The notes: a model not told the origin generated them from the sequence alone. 64,000 nt of DNA from Heteronotia binoei (GCF_032191835.1 NC_083234.1:51212001-51276000); one strand, 5' to 3'; positions 24,950 to 38,179 are shown, numbered from the stretch's first letter. Translations and numbers: made by a program.

Positions 24950-25702
24950 CAATATAAATTCAAAACATACTCAAAATACAAAGACACTCAAGTCACAGTA
25001 GTTAAATCAAGTTTGACTCTTTGGAGACAGAGACCCACAAAAGGGGGTGAGGAATATTTAGGTGCAAGTTTGCGGCTGTTTCTTTTTCTTGCAAACCTAA
25101 GCAGAAGGGTAACCGAACAGACTCTGAGATGCTGGTAAATAAGCTGCAGAAATATCTGCTCAACATTCAGTAAAATGCTGGCAGGCATTGCACATGTCTT
25201 TGGGGGGAAAGGGTGCCTCAGTTTCTGCATGCTGAGGCACATGATGGCAGGGGGCAGACTTCCTAATATAGGCAGCCAAATTGAGCAAGATACTCAGATG
25301 CAGTTCAAGAGCCACTGAGTGAAAACCGCAGCCACCATTCCAAGTCAAGGCATCATGGTGGGGGCAGGCACAAGAGCTAAGCCTGCCAAGGCCAGAGAGG
25401 CACCAGAGGTTGCTGCCAGCTCAACTGCCAACAAGGACCAGCAAATCAGGTTCCTCCTCAGCTGTTGGAATCCCCCCAAGCAAGAGGCTTATTTCCCAGC
25501 CCCACTGAACCCAATCACAACTACTGGCACTGAGAAGTGGCTCAATTGGGGCCACACTGACCATGCCCGTCTGAGGTGGAAAAAAACTACTCACAGCTCC
25601 TTGAACAGGGTCAGCAAAACATGCTGTGAAGCACCATTAGAATCACCCCCCATGCCATGTGCCAATTGGTTTGCCCAAGTGATTCTCTGAAGCAGAAGTG
25701 GC

Positions 25703-28700
25703 CTAGCTGTCCTGCTCCACCACCTTCTTTCTTAGGCGGCTTCGCACCAGTCGAGTTGAACCCTGCAATAAAAAGGGGGAGAGATAAAGGGGCTGTCACT
25801 TCTCCTTAAACACCTGAGTCTCAAACAGAGAGCCAAAGTTCCAAGTCATGGAAGATGATGACACCCCTACCCCCAATCAGCACTAGGGAATACAACTTCA
25901 GATTATGGGCCCCCACCTGAATTGTGCATACACAGCAAGAGCCTTGCACAACCAATGGATGCTTTACCTCCTTGGCTGAAGGCTTTTTCTTAACCAGCCG
26001 AAGGCTCTGAGTCCTAGACAGTGGCCTGGAAATCAATGGATCCTTGTTGTGGGCTTTGGACCCCGGGGAGAGCTGAGAATCTGACCAACAGTCTTCCTCA
26101 TTGCTTTCGTACTCCAGTTGTCGGGTAGTAGTTCTGTGTGATACAGTACGAGTCGCCACTGTTAGAAGAAGAAGAAGAAGATATTGGATTTATATCCCGC
26201 CCTCCACTCCGAAGAGTCTCAGAGCGGCTCACAATCTCCTTTACCTTCCTCCCCCACAACAGTCACCCTGTGAGGTGGGTGGGGCTGGAGAGGGCTCTCA
26301 CAGCAGCTGCCCTTTCAAGGACAACTTCTGCCAGAGCTATGGCTGACCCAAGGCCATGCTAGTAGATGCAAGTGGAGGAGTGGGGAATCAAACCCGGTTC
26401 TCCTAGATAAGAGTCCGCACACTTAACCACTACACCAAACCAGCTCTCCAGAAGAACAACAAAAGCAAAGAGCTTTGATCAGAACAAATGCAGAGATTAA
26501 TTCCCCAAGGCCCTGTCTAGAATAACTCAGTTCCTTATGCTCGGCACTGAAGGGCCATCGATGTCTAGTCAATTTCAGATCCAGCACAAGGTTCTTCAGG
26601 CCATCAATGTACAGCAGCCATTATTTGCCTTTGCAAGACATCCAGGTTTGTCCTTTGAAAAATCCCCAGAAGGTAAAAAGGCACCCGTAAGGAAAGCAGC
26701 TCTTGCTGGGTCTTGCAAGCATCATTTCCAACCCAGCATAATTGATATCCACCCTCCAAGGAGGTCAGGGGGCATTTTAGTCTCACATCAAGGACAGAAC
26801 TTTAGACTGCAAATCAAACACGGGGCTGTCAATCCTAAGTTTTCCCCAGGGAAGGTAAGGGAAGCACACTTCCAGAGGACAAGTGGATTTAAACCTTTCC
26901 CCATGCTTGCTGTTTCTCCCCAGCATGTCCCTCCTATCTAGTTACATCACTGTTTCTCTCCCCCACCCCCAGCAACGTTTGAGACCAAACCCAGCCATGT
27001 AGAGCTAACAGGCTGGAATGTGGGGGTACTTGTAGGGAAGAGCTGGCAGGCACAGAAGAAGGTTAAGTGCACACACACACATACCCCGCAGATCTGTTTG
27101 GGAAACCAGTTTGCCAGCATAGCACATGTTGTGCTTGTCCAAGGTCATCTGGTTAGGCTCTCCAGACAGCAAAGGGAGCAACAAAGCCCCACCCTTGGCT
27201 TGCCTATAATCAGCTGCTATGGGGCTCCTCCCCTCCCATTTCAGCTGGTCATCACCTGACAGCTGATCTAAGGAGTGAAAAGAAGCATTTCCGCCTTTTC
27301 TTCTCCCCTTCCTGTCCCCTTATTCTACTTTGTGTATTACATTAGTCTGTCTCCAACACTGTGGCAGAAAAACAGATGAAATCAAAGCAAGGATTGCTGA
27401 ACTGTGCTTCTCAGGAAACAGAAGGACGCTTATTACAATCCCTGGGTTTCTGTTTTAAGGGGGTTTATCTTGTTAGCTGCTCTTTCAAGGTTTCTTTTCC
27501 AATTTGCATTCCCATGCCAAGCCATTCAGGTCCTCCTGCCTTCATTCCCCTGACATTCAGAGCTTTCAGGGGCAAAGAAAACCACACAGACTGGCCAGGC
27601 TCTTACATCTTGGCCGCTGCTGCTCCTCTGGGTAAAGGGGATCTGAAAAGTGAACTGGGCTTGTGTCCGGAATGGAAGTCAGATCCTGCATGCTGAAGCT
27701 CCGCAGTCGGCCAGCCAGGGCGCCCTGACTCTGAAAGGAAGGAAAGAGATCCACATGGAGAAGGTGCCGTCTTCAAGCCAGCTTTCCAGAGGCAAAAAGG
27801 GTGCAGGAAGAATCCACAGTGGAACTTACTAGAAAAATTTATTCCACCAAGGAGAAACTGCCACTTACCACTAATGCATTTCACTATGATGACTTAATTT
27901 AAAATGCCCACACTTCCAATTTTTTTGCTGATTGCCACTCCCAAAGGAGACCTCAGATTCCCCCTCCCCTCCCATCAACTGATTCTTGGGGGGTTCCTTG
28001 TCCCCATAGCAGCACTTCAGGGGTCGTTTTGGCCTGCTACAGGTGCGGGATATTTAAAAAAAAAAACATGCTCCCTCTTTGCATGCAAGGGAATTCTGGG
28101 CAGGATGCAAGTCAGTGTTTATGCTCATTTGAAGGAGGACTGAAAGATTCATTGCGGTGTCCCAGAAACCTTTTGGATGGCAGGAAAGAAGACCAGAAGT
28201 TCAAGCACAGGGCAGTAGGAAGGCAACAGGCTCTGCAGATTCTGACTAGCTGCCAACAATGGTTCTCAAGTAATTGTTAGGAAGTAATAAAAGGGGGCAG
28301 GAAACCAAGCCAAAGAAGAAGAGGTGGGACACGTTTGCAGCCACAGTGGTATCTGTGGCTGGGAGAAGGAACAAGCTGAAAGCAGCCCCTGAAAGCTCCA
28401 TTCTGAGGTTCAGCAAGCCCCTAATTCCAAGGAAATGAAGAGTGTGGGCAGGCAGCAAGGAGGACATCCCACCACCAGATATGGCAGGACCTCACATTCA
28501 TTTCATTCCAAAGAGTCCAGAAGAAACAGCATTACCTTCGTAGCAGCTTGGACAGCAGCTGTGGCTGCTACATTAAGGCTTCTCTTCCCAAGGCTCACAA
28601 GGGTCTCGTAGCCACGCTCTTTGGCTTTAACAATGAACTGATCTATTTCCTGCAAAACAAGGGGTGGGGGTGGAGATCAAACAAAGGTAGTCTACGTTTA

Positions 28701-31700
28701 AATTAACCTTAATGGAAACTAGCAGTGGAAAGCCATTTTGCTCGCTGGCTAACTAAATCCACATAATGCCCAGCACCACCCTTAAGAGTTTGTATCAGAG
28801 CCGCCAGCAGTCACTGAAGGAAGGCTCACTCGCTGGCCCTTCTGTATCCTCGAGAGCAGTGCTCCTAGAAGGCCACATTCTGCCCACATGATACAGGCAT
28901 GAACAGCTGTGCATATTTCCCTGAGTGTGCCTGTTTTCACACAAGATTTTACACTTCTGAAGAGCCAACAGCAATAGCTTCCAGGGCAGCAGATGAAGAC
29001 CACTCTTGAATCCAAAACAAACATCATAACAGAGCAAGAAACTCAATGGATGCCAGGTTCGGCATCCTCTTTACCCACATGACAGCCTGGCCTCTTCTAG
29101 TACAAGTAGTGGTAGACAGTATTTACCTTCTCCTTGTTAGACAACGTAGGATGGATAAACTTGCGGTACAGCAGGCTTGCCCCTCTCGTGTAAGGAGACA
29201 GGAGCCACACTACAAAGGCCATCTTGATCTCGTAGTAGAAGGGAAACCTGGGCAACAGGTGACACAACACTGAGGTCAGCCTGACTACAAGAGGACTTGA
29301 GAATGCTCAGCATCTGCCACACATCCCAGCAACTCACTTCCCAGTTTGGTGGAGCTTCCCAAGCAACCCACAGTCTCTAGACTCTAGAGCATCATCTTAA
29401 AACTCTAGGGCGTGTCTTGCTGCACTCATGTGCCTGCTTTAAAAGGGCATAGGTAGGTTGGAGCAAAAGAGCATTCCTTTCCAGTTAACACAGGCACTGA
29501 TTTGAAATGTGTTGTGCTTCAGCTACTTGTAACCTGCCTTGCGCATTACAACATTAAAGTTAACTCATTTTTGATGACAGCCATGTAGCAGTATGTCAAT
29601 TTGTGTAGTAAATTTAAGTGTGGCAATATACTTTTAAAAAACTAATTCACTCTTCAGCAGGAGAAACTTCTGGTCTCCGGGGTGACTGGAGAGCATTTAT
29701 TACTTTGCATATGACAGAGATTGACCCACACAGTAGCAAATGAAGGGTGGATCAGCCATCAGATGCTTCACTGCTGACCCAGATCACTCATCGACCCACA
29801 CCAGTCCCAGAACAAGTGAGTCACATACAGTGACCCAACTTGCACCTCAGCCCACACAAAATTGTCACCCATGGATCCATATTTCAGAATATATACACAC
29901 TCCTCCAAAACCAAAATCACATCAGTTGGCAAAAAGCCCCAACTCTGCAGTTCCTGGCAACAGGCAAGTAAATTGAGATGAAGGGAGGCTCTCTAACTTG
30001 ACACACATAAATTCAGTGCATCTCATTTAGTGGAAGCCACATCACATTTGGGACTTGTTAGTAAACTTTACAGCTGCTCAAACTTTGCTGCCAACATAAT
30101 CATAGTATTTGAGTGGTCAGTTAAGTGGCAGCCAAGTATTTTTGATATTAGGGGAACACAAAGAGATAGTTCTAAAAAAACTACAGTGAAATTTTGAAAT
30201 CAAGCTACAAGCCTCTAATCAATACTTGCCATCAGGGGTGTGAAAATGGCAATGCTGACAAGAGATATAAATTCCCCCCCTGGAACTTACATTAAAGGAA
30301 TGACTAAGGGTTATTATACAGAAATTGATTGTTAAAAGCACAGTTCAATGACAGTGATGTTAGCAAGCATTTCACATTTTAGCTACAGCCACGCCCGCCA
30401 AGGAGCACCAGAGATGGCCTAAATCCATGTGATTAACAGCAGCCATTTTAATAGGCAACAATATTGCAAAAGAGGTCACTAAAGCCAGGTAGAACACAGT
30501 GCAAAGGCCCTCCCCTCTCCACTCTCTCAGCCAGCAGCTTGGGATGGTTAAATCAGTTCCCAAAAGCTACAAGGAACATCCCCAACCAGAATCCTGGATC
30601 TTTCAGCCTATGGAGGCAAAAATCAGAATCTAATACTAAGCATGACTTGCAGAACCGGAGAATGAAAGAAACAACAACTCACCAGGAAATGAAGGTATCT
30701 GCAACCGTTTCTGTAGCCATGAAGAGGGCAAACACAATCCAATACATCATCCAGCGCACCTGTAAGAACATGAGAGGGAAGGCTTAGAAGGCACTGACTT
30801 TCCCCTCCCTCCCCATAAACAGCAACAGGATGAGGGAGAGAAGGCACTGCCAGAGCAGAACCTGGCCTCAGCCATCCAGTATTTTGCTTCAGCTGAAGGA
30901 TGTTACTTTCCCACTTAGCTGTACTATCTCTAAAGAATTTGTATATTGGAGGAGTTTATTTGCAGACTCTCCAGGGTGGCTTACAAGTAAAACACCACCA
31001 CAGGATTATAAGTTACCAACATAAAAACAAAGCAAGCCATTAAAAACATATACAATGTATAAGGCCTTTCTTAAATTACGAAAGTAAAGCACAATGATAA
31101 TTGTTTTTAAAAAGACAAGTTAAAATACACAACCACAAAAAACCCAAACTGCTTTGAAACCAGCTCTCGCTATTATACAAAAAACCTTTGCTCAGAGACT
31201 GCAATCCTCTCTGGGCTTACAAACTGCGCCGCCGCCGCCCCCCCCCCCCCCCCCGGGCTCCATGGGTTATCTTCCCACAACTATTTGTAGCAAGAGTTTC
31301 CTCCATTGTTCTCAGCCCCAACTTACATATTCCCGGATGTTCTTTGTTTTCACAGCCTTGTAGGAGGCATAGGCAGGATACAGCATCCCAAAGAGCAGCC
31401 TGTAACGGAAAGGAGGGGTCAGGCAGGCTGGCCACCATCTGTACAATCCTGCCAGCAGCCAGAGGCAGCCTCGTTGGCTCCAGCGTAGCAGTTTGGCCTT
31501 AGCTGCTTCCAATATCATAGTGGCCCCAGAGGGGGGTGCTTCCTTTTGCCCTGCAGCAGGAGGAGAAGCCATAGCCAAGCCCAATTTGACAGGCTCCCTG
31601 TCCTCCCTGCTGTCCTGGGAAGAGGTGCCGGACCCAGCCGACCAGGCAGCACCAACACAGGGCCAGACACAAGAATCTACTCCCAAGGATAAGCTGATCT

Positions 31701-34308
31701 TTCTGAGGCCTTCCCCTTCCCACACAAATGCCTGCTTGTTGCACAACTGGTGACAAGACCAGCTGTGCAGGCTTGGAAGCCATGCTGCCATGTGATCAAG
31801 AGTGTGGCCCAGGGGATCACTACCTTCTGCCTCCTAAAGGGGGAGCCAAGCAGCTTGGGGCAGGGGTTAAAAGTGTTGGATTCAAATCCTCACTCTGCCA
31901 CAAAGCTTGCTGGGGGACTGTGGGTCAGTCACCCGCACTCAAGCCTTCTGGGGTTGTTGTGATGGTGAAATGGAATGAGACTGGCATACAGCAGCCTGAG
32001 CTCCTTGGAAGAAGGGGGGAATTTAAAATATAGTAAAGAAATATAAAATCACTCATATCCAAACAGCCTCAGCACTCACAGCCAACAGGCAATTGCACCA
32101 GAAGAAGTCCTGCTTCACCCTCCTTTATAGGGAGAGAAATGCAGATCCTGCCAAGTACTGCCCCCACTTACTCTAGAGCAGGCATGGCCAAACTTGCTTA
32201 ATGTAAGAGCCATATAGAATGAATGTCAGATGTTTGAGAGCCACAAGACATGAATGTCAGATGTTTAAAAGCCGAAGGAAGGAATATAGATAAGGGAGGA
32301 AGAGGTGGGAAGAAAGCAACTTAAAATGCATTCTCTGAGTCACCTGTTGATTTGGCTTGGAGAAATGATTTAAAGAGACAAATGCCATCTCCAATTTGGC
32401 CAATGGGCTGGTGGGGGCTTTGAGAGTCACACAATATGTGTGAAAGAGCACATGAGGCTCCCAAGCCACAGTTTGGCTGACCCCTGCTCTAGGCATAGGT
32501 CTTTGGGGATGATATTTAGGGGCTAGAGCTAGCCAACATAATCCATATTATCTGAAAATGCATGAACAGGATGCTCATTCCAGAAGGTACCAAATAGCTC
32601 TAGAATTAGATAAGTCATTTGAGTCACAGCGGAAAGAACTAATTTTGAGTCCAGTGGCACCTTTAAGACCACCAAAGTTTTATTCAAGGTGAGCTTTCAT
32701 GTGTATGCACACTTCGTCTGACACAATGGAATGGAGGTTAACAGTTCATCTACAGAGACAGGCTGCAAATCAGCATACAATTTAAGATGTTCTGACATAT
32801 GCAAAGGCCAAACAGCAGTAACAAGCTAAGTTCATAGGGTCACCATAATTAGGGGGGAACCCCAAAGCAATAAATATGTCTAAATAGGAGACAGATGTGT
32901 AAAAGTGAGCTTCTTAGTTGTTACGCTCCATTTGTCTCCTCCTAAGCATGGAGTTAATTAACAGCATCCTTTTCTGAAAGAACTGTTTTCAGTGCAAAGC
33001 AAGACAGACATCAGGCAGGGTGCATTAGGGTGTCTTCATATTTAAGATGATACCAGGAATTAACTGATTTTAATCCCTGCTGAGAATTTAGGGCAAGACT
33101 AGACTGAACCAGAAGAATACAAGTTCAGGCTTGCTAATCGTTCAAGCCCAGGGCTTATACCTCTCCTTTGGGGCAAGGCTGCCACTCCCTTGAGGTCGGC
33201 AGTACAATGAGAGAGGTCACTCTGCAAGACTGGTCACTCTGAGGTCAGCACCCACACAAAGTTCTACTGCGGGGGGGGGGAGGGCTCTTCATCATGACAG
33301 CCCCAAAAGCAGAGCAGCATGACTATGGAAGTAACTGCTGGATTAAACACCCTTCACTAGTTGGCAATAAAAAGCAGGAGAGTAACAGCAAAAGTAACCC
33401 ATAAAACGGGGGCTTGAGTTTTGCCACTTAGATGAGCCACCCAAGGAAGTCAGGCAACGCAGTGTCTTGGAAGTCAAGGCTGGGGAAAACAGTGACCTGG
33501 CAACTGACACCGAAGTTGGAGGCCCCAGAGCTGCGGAAGTATTTTCACGTGGATAACATCGAAGCTGCCCAGAGCTCTTTCCGCCTCTTTGGAGGACTTA
33601 AAGGAGCCGGGATCTTTCTGGGGCGTCTTTCAGAAGTCGCCAGCAGCAGCAAGGCTGCACCCACATCATGGCACCGCGGGAGAGAGGCGGAGAAGGGCGG
33701 CGGCGGCGGCAACGAAAGGGGGAGGGGGGGGAAGACAGGGGTTCCTTTAAAGCGGGAGCTCAAGTTCAAGGCCAGCCCGCTGGTGAAAGCACCGAGTCGG
33801 TCTGTGCAGTAGTTCTTCGATCAAGCAAGGCTCCGAGTTAACAGCCGCAACGCGCAGCCGGGCTTGTCCACGCGTAGAAGGAACCACGGAAGGATGCCGA
33901 AGCACCCCCATGAACTTCGCTATAGCAAAAAGGGCCATCGGGGCTGCTGCCTCGAGCGGAGAGCCAAGCTGAACAATAACTCCCTAGATCGGCACTGTTT
34001 GCATTCAGTGGCACCTTTAGTACCAGCTCGGAGTTCGTGGCCTCCCTGAAGGCTGGTCGTGAAGAAAAGTACAACTAAGTTTCTAGCCCCGGCTTTGTAG
34101 AGCAGTTTCTGGGCAATTCAGGCGAGGACTCCGAACAAATCCGCTCCCTCCGCGGCCCTGTGCCACCCAGGGCACAGATCTCAGCAGCGGCGCTGCCACC
34201 CCCGGCCATCCTCTCCCCAGCTGCCTGCGGGGGGACTTTGCAGTCACCCTGAGGCTCCCTCTCCAGCCAAACTCACACCACGATGCTGCTTAAGATCCGC
34301 GAGACCAT
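25703..34308 (-). CDS. REEP4: Receptor expression-enhancing protein 4, 263 aa
   Basis: Exons 34277-34308, 31327-31399, 30683-30759, 29127-29247, 28536-28649, 27607-27730, 25968-26158, 25703-25762 (792 nt). [78 protein letters not shown]/.../[17 protein letters not shown]/...[32 protein letters not shown]. The C-terminal motifs and NUDT18 adjacency favour REEP4 over REEP3. The exon 7 acceptor at 26159-26160 is the only phase-compatible one. Confidence 0.94.
26171..26449 (-). mobile_element. Squam3-type SINE in the REEP4 intron 6 polypyrimidine tract
   Basis: Full-length copy with a (TTC)n tail, flanked by agaagaa at 26164-26170 and 26450-26456 (putative 7-bp TSD). Confidence 0.9.
31850..32040 (+). 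mobile_element. Older Squam3/MIR-like SINE
   Basis: ggttaaaagtgttgg-attcaaatcctcactctgcc head, ggttgttgtga core, A-rich tail. Confidence 0.6.
32179..32486. mobile_element. hAT-Charlie-like MITE
   Basis: TIRs caggcatggccaaac...gtttggctgacccctg; 8-bp TSD ctctagag/ctctaggc, matching the NTCTAGAN target typical of Charlie elements. Confidence 0.8.
32628..32740. mobile_element. Penelope-like element end fragment
   Basis: gagtccagtggcacctttaagacc-caaagttttattcaaggt-agctttc motif, shared with 34830-34925 and 48925-49030. Family assignment is from memory. Confidence 0.55.
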
Positions 34309-35350
34309 AGTCGGAGGAGCCGGAGAGACCCTCCCCGGGCTCACTGCTGTGCGTCGCCTCGACGGTTACTGTTGCTGCTGGGCGCTTCCTTTCTTCCCAT
34401 TCGTCGCCCTTTTTCCTGCCCCTCGCAAACAGACCAATAGGAAGCGGCGGCGGAATCCTGCTTGGCTTCGAACAGTTTCTTCTACTGCTCGCGAGGGTTT
34501 TTTGCTCGTCTGAGACGAAGCTGTTGCAAAGGCCGCGGTGGGGCAACTAGCCGCGCGCGGATCTCGCCAGCGCTGGGCGCTCCGCATAAGAAAACGGTGC
34601 TGGCTGGCTGGCGACGCCGAGCAACCCTTGGGCAAAACCGCCCACACAGGGAAGTGGGAAAAAGAGAAATGCTGCTCCATGGATAGGGTTGGATGAGACA
34701 GGGACTGTCTCCGCCCCCCCCCCCCCCCCTTCAAGCGCTATATGTACTTCCCACTACCGGTTTGGCTGGCAAATCCTGCGTCTGCTCGGGCTTTGCCTCA
34801 GTATAACGCGAAGGTAGATCCAGGTGGGTAGCTGCGTTTTCTGAACCAATAGAATAAAGTCAGAGTCCAGTGGCACCTTTAAGACCAGCAAAGTTTTATT
34901 CAAGGGATGAGCTTTCGGAGAGCTTCTTGACGATCCACCGGGAAGCACTGAATCCGTATGCGTGTTTGCTGCGTGGCCGTGGTGCTGGCCTTGCTACCTT
35001 AAGGACGCGCGCGCAGCTGTTTGGCGCATGTTGGAGCTCTACACGCGGCCGAGCCCCTGCAGAAGGGCGCAGGGAGGCTCTTGCCCTCACCAGCCTTGCG
35101 GTGAAATCGAGCTGTGTCGTTTCCCAGCACGAGTCGACCTGTCCCGCGGTCGGTTTTCCCAGGCGTGTTAAGCAGGAGAGTCGTCCTACAGGAAGTCTGC
35201 CAACCCGAATTTAGCTTATTAGTTTCCTGCTTTTTCAAGCTGCTCTGCGAGAGCTGCAGTAAAGTGCAGAATACGCGTTGCTCTCAGCCTCCTTTTCCTC
35301 ATCACAATTATTCCACATATCAGTATTATCCATCTGGCGGAGATCGGGTT
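33550..35350. promoter_or_regulatory. Extended CpG island / REEP4 promoter
   Basis: CpG-dense on both sides of REEP4 exon 1; CCAAT near 34433; GGAAG ETS cores. Confidence 0.7.
34830..34925. mobile_element. Penelope-like element end fragment
   Basis: Same motif as 32628-32740. Confidence 0.55.
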
Positions 35351-35574
35351 GTGGGGGGTTTTTTTTGGGGGGGGGGGGAGGAATATTGCTCCTCAGTTCC
35401 TTCCCGTCTTCTGTTCGACATGGATATTGTCCTTTACATACTTCTTGCTTTTTCCTATGCTACAGTGACTTGCACTGTAACATATGTGTGATATATATTT
35501 GAGGGCTTGCACACTTTGTATCATTTTGGCTCTCCTTAATAATATTGAAAGGTATTACATAGCTTTTGTTTTTG

Positions 35575-35770
35575 GATTTCCACACACACTCACACTGTGG
35601 TGAGAAGTGCCCTCAAGTGACTTATGGCAACCCAGTAGGGTTTTCAGGGCAAGAGTTGCCATGGCCTGCCTCCACATCACAACTGTGGTAATCTCTGGAC
35701 ATCTCCCATCCAAATACCAGCCAGGGCCAACCCTGCTTAGCTTCCAAGCTCTGATCAGATTGGCCTAGCC
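35575..35770 (-). mobile_element. 5S rRNA-derived SINE
   Basis: tctcccatccaaataccagccagggccaaccctgcttagcttcc is the reverse complement of the 5S internal control region; the tail resembles that of 6622-6800. Confidence 0.65.
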
Positions 35771-38179
35771 AAGCAATATATCATTTGAGCCACCATGTAC
35801 ATATAATTAAACTCATTGCATTCATTTACTTTGCTTACTGAAAATGTATACTGCACCTTCTGCAAAAGAATACAAAACAAAAATCCATTTCAAAACACCA
35901 TAGATCAGCTGCTGCTTTTTTGGTCAATGCCTTCTGACAAAACATCTGTATATTCTATGAAATAAGAAGGAAGGAGCTCTCCAAACTGCCCCAGGATGTA
36001 AGAACAAACCCACACTTCAAAGGGCAGGGAAACTATTAGAGTAGCCAAATGCACCTGGTAGATCTTTGGAGCCACCAGAAGAGATCTGCTGGCTTAGGGT
36101 AGGGAACGTTGGCTCTTCAGATTTTTTTTGCCTACAATTCCCATCAGCCCCAGCCCCAGGCTGATCTAGGTCAGCAAGCAGGTGGGGTTAAGGTGCATTT
36201 GAAAATACTCCACCCTTCTACTGAAGTCAGCTGACAAAAATTAAAATATCTAAACTATGGGTATTAGAATGTAAATTAAAATAATCACAACATCAACAGC
36301 AGTATTCTAAAACTCTGGCCCCATATAAAAGCACCAAAAATGGGGGGAGCACACCACCAATGAAAGCCAGTAAAATTTTAAAAATACAGCAGAGGGTTTT
36401 TTTTTTTGAAATTTAAAAAAAAAATCAGCACTCAGATAATCAGACTGAGTTTGAAGCAACTCCTGCACCAAAGATCTTCCTAAGAAGAATGGTCTTCACC
36501 AGTCGCTGGAATTATGAGGCTGAGCAGGCATCTTGTGACTGGGAAGTTCCAAAGTCTGGAAAGCATGGATCAAAAAAACGCCTCCTGAATTTTCTCCCAA
36601 CCGTAACCCACTCAAGTTAATGTGTCTTAGACCAAGGACAGGTTTCAGGGGGCAGAACTGGGTAGTCAGTATAAGGACTAATAATAGGACGTGCATGAGA
36701 AATAGGGTAATTTTAGCAAATGTCTACCCTAGTGGAAGGTTTTGAATGTGAGGGCCCTGGAATACATTAACTAAAAAAGTATAGAGCATCAACAAGCATT
36801 TGGTATGTTGCTACTAAGTCATTGGCTGGAGAACTGTGAGAGGTTGTACCCCCTTCCCTCTCTGCAAAAATGCCCCAGAAGGGAAGATCAGCCAGAACCA
36901 GCCATTGGTGAGAGGACTAACAAATGCAGAGAGTGTGCCTTTCCTTTCTAGAAAAAATGTGTTTTCATGCCTGCTAAAACTTACCTCTTTTTGATAAATA
37001 TAGAGGCCCCCTGTCGAATCTCCTTATGTATAGATTTGTGAGCATAGTCTGTGTCCGGAAGAAAGATAATTCTACATGTATGCCTTGCACATGTATGCAT
37101 CATTTGAGCTTCAGAGCCATTCTGGGGCACAGAGAGAGAAGAGATGTTTCCTCTTCTGACAACAGTACTAGAACATTCATCAAGGATGGCCTCTTCATGC
37201 ACTCGAAAGAAATGAATGGCTCCATTTAGGTGCTGTTTACTCAGTTATGCAAGCCCACTTCAAGAGTACCACTCAGCTACATGAGAGGGAAGCCATGTGC
37301 GTAAATGTATACTCCTGAAGGAAAGAAACAACACACCTAGTCACCCTCTGTCCAGTCTCCTTGTCACGTGACTCTGTCTTTGCTGCCAAGGCTTTGGCAC
37401 TGTTTGGATAAACGAGTCAAGCATTAACCCAGTTCATGTAACAAGTCCTCTGGCAGCTTGAAGACTAGTTATAATTGTTCCACATATCCTTAAATTTGCT
37501 CCCTCATCTAGCATAAAGAATAAATGAAAGAGGAACCAGGTATGGTTTGGTAAAGCCACCTAGGATTGGTCAGTGCCTGAACAGGAGAACACTGGGAAGC
37601 CCATCCCCAAAAGAAAGCCAAATTTAAGAACCAGTAGTTGAAATCTTTAAGTGAATTTCAGCCTTAATCTTCCATCTAAAGTACGGGGATTATTTTCCTG
37701 ATTTGACAGGGATGCTAAAGTCTATTGAGATTACGTATTTAAACATTTAGGAAATGCCTTATAAATGCATATTATTTATTAACAATAGATGTTCCTTGAG
37801 ATGGAAAAGCTCAAAGCTACTATCCCAGAAGGCAAAAGGAATTCACAGGATTGTGAAAGGAGGAAGACAGCGGGAGGATCAGAACACGTAAGAGAGTTTG
37901 GATAGCACTTAAAGGTGTATACACACTGCAGAAAGAGGGAGACCCCTGAGGTGGGAAAGTGGTGCACCCTGCTTCCCAAAAGAATCAAGTGGGAAAAATT
38001 ACTTTGTAGAGACTTTTCTAATTAAAAAAACAGGTGGGTAAAGCTGTTGTGAGAAGGATGGAGAGAGAGGGGAACTTTCAACTGGGTGAATTCCCCAGGA
38101 CTGGAATGGTTGCAAGGGTAAGCTGTGATCTGCAGCTGAGGAGCTGTCACCACTGAGGAGCTCACCAGCACAGTCGCCA

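Noticed and set aside
26131-26135. Alternative REEP4 exon 7 acceptor (cacacag|A)
   Set aside because: It needs a phase-2 intron, but exon 6 ends in phase 1.
33432-33812. 126-aa + strand ORF antisense in REEP4 intron 1
   Set aside because: Expected by-product of GC-rich DNA with few stops; no homology recognised.
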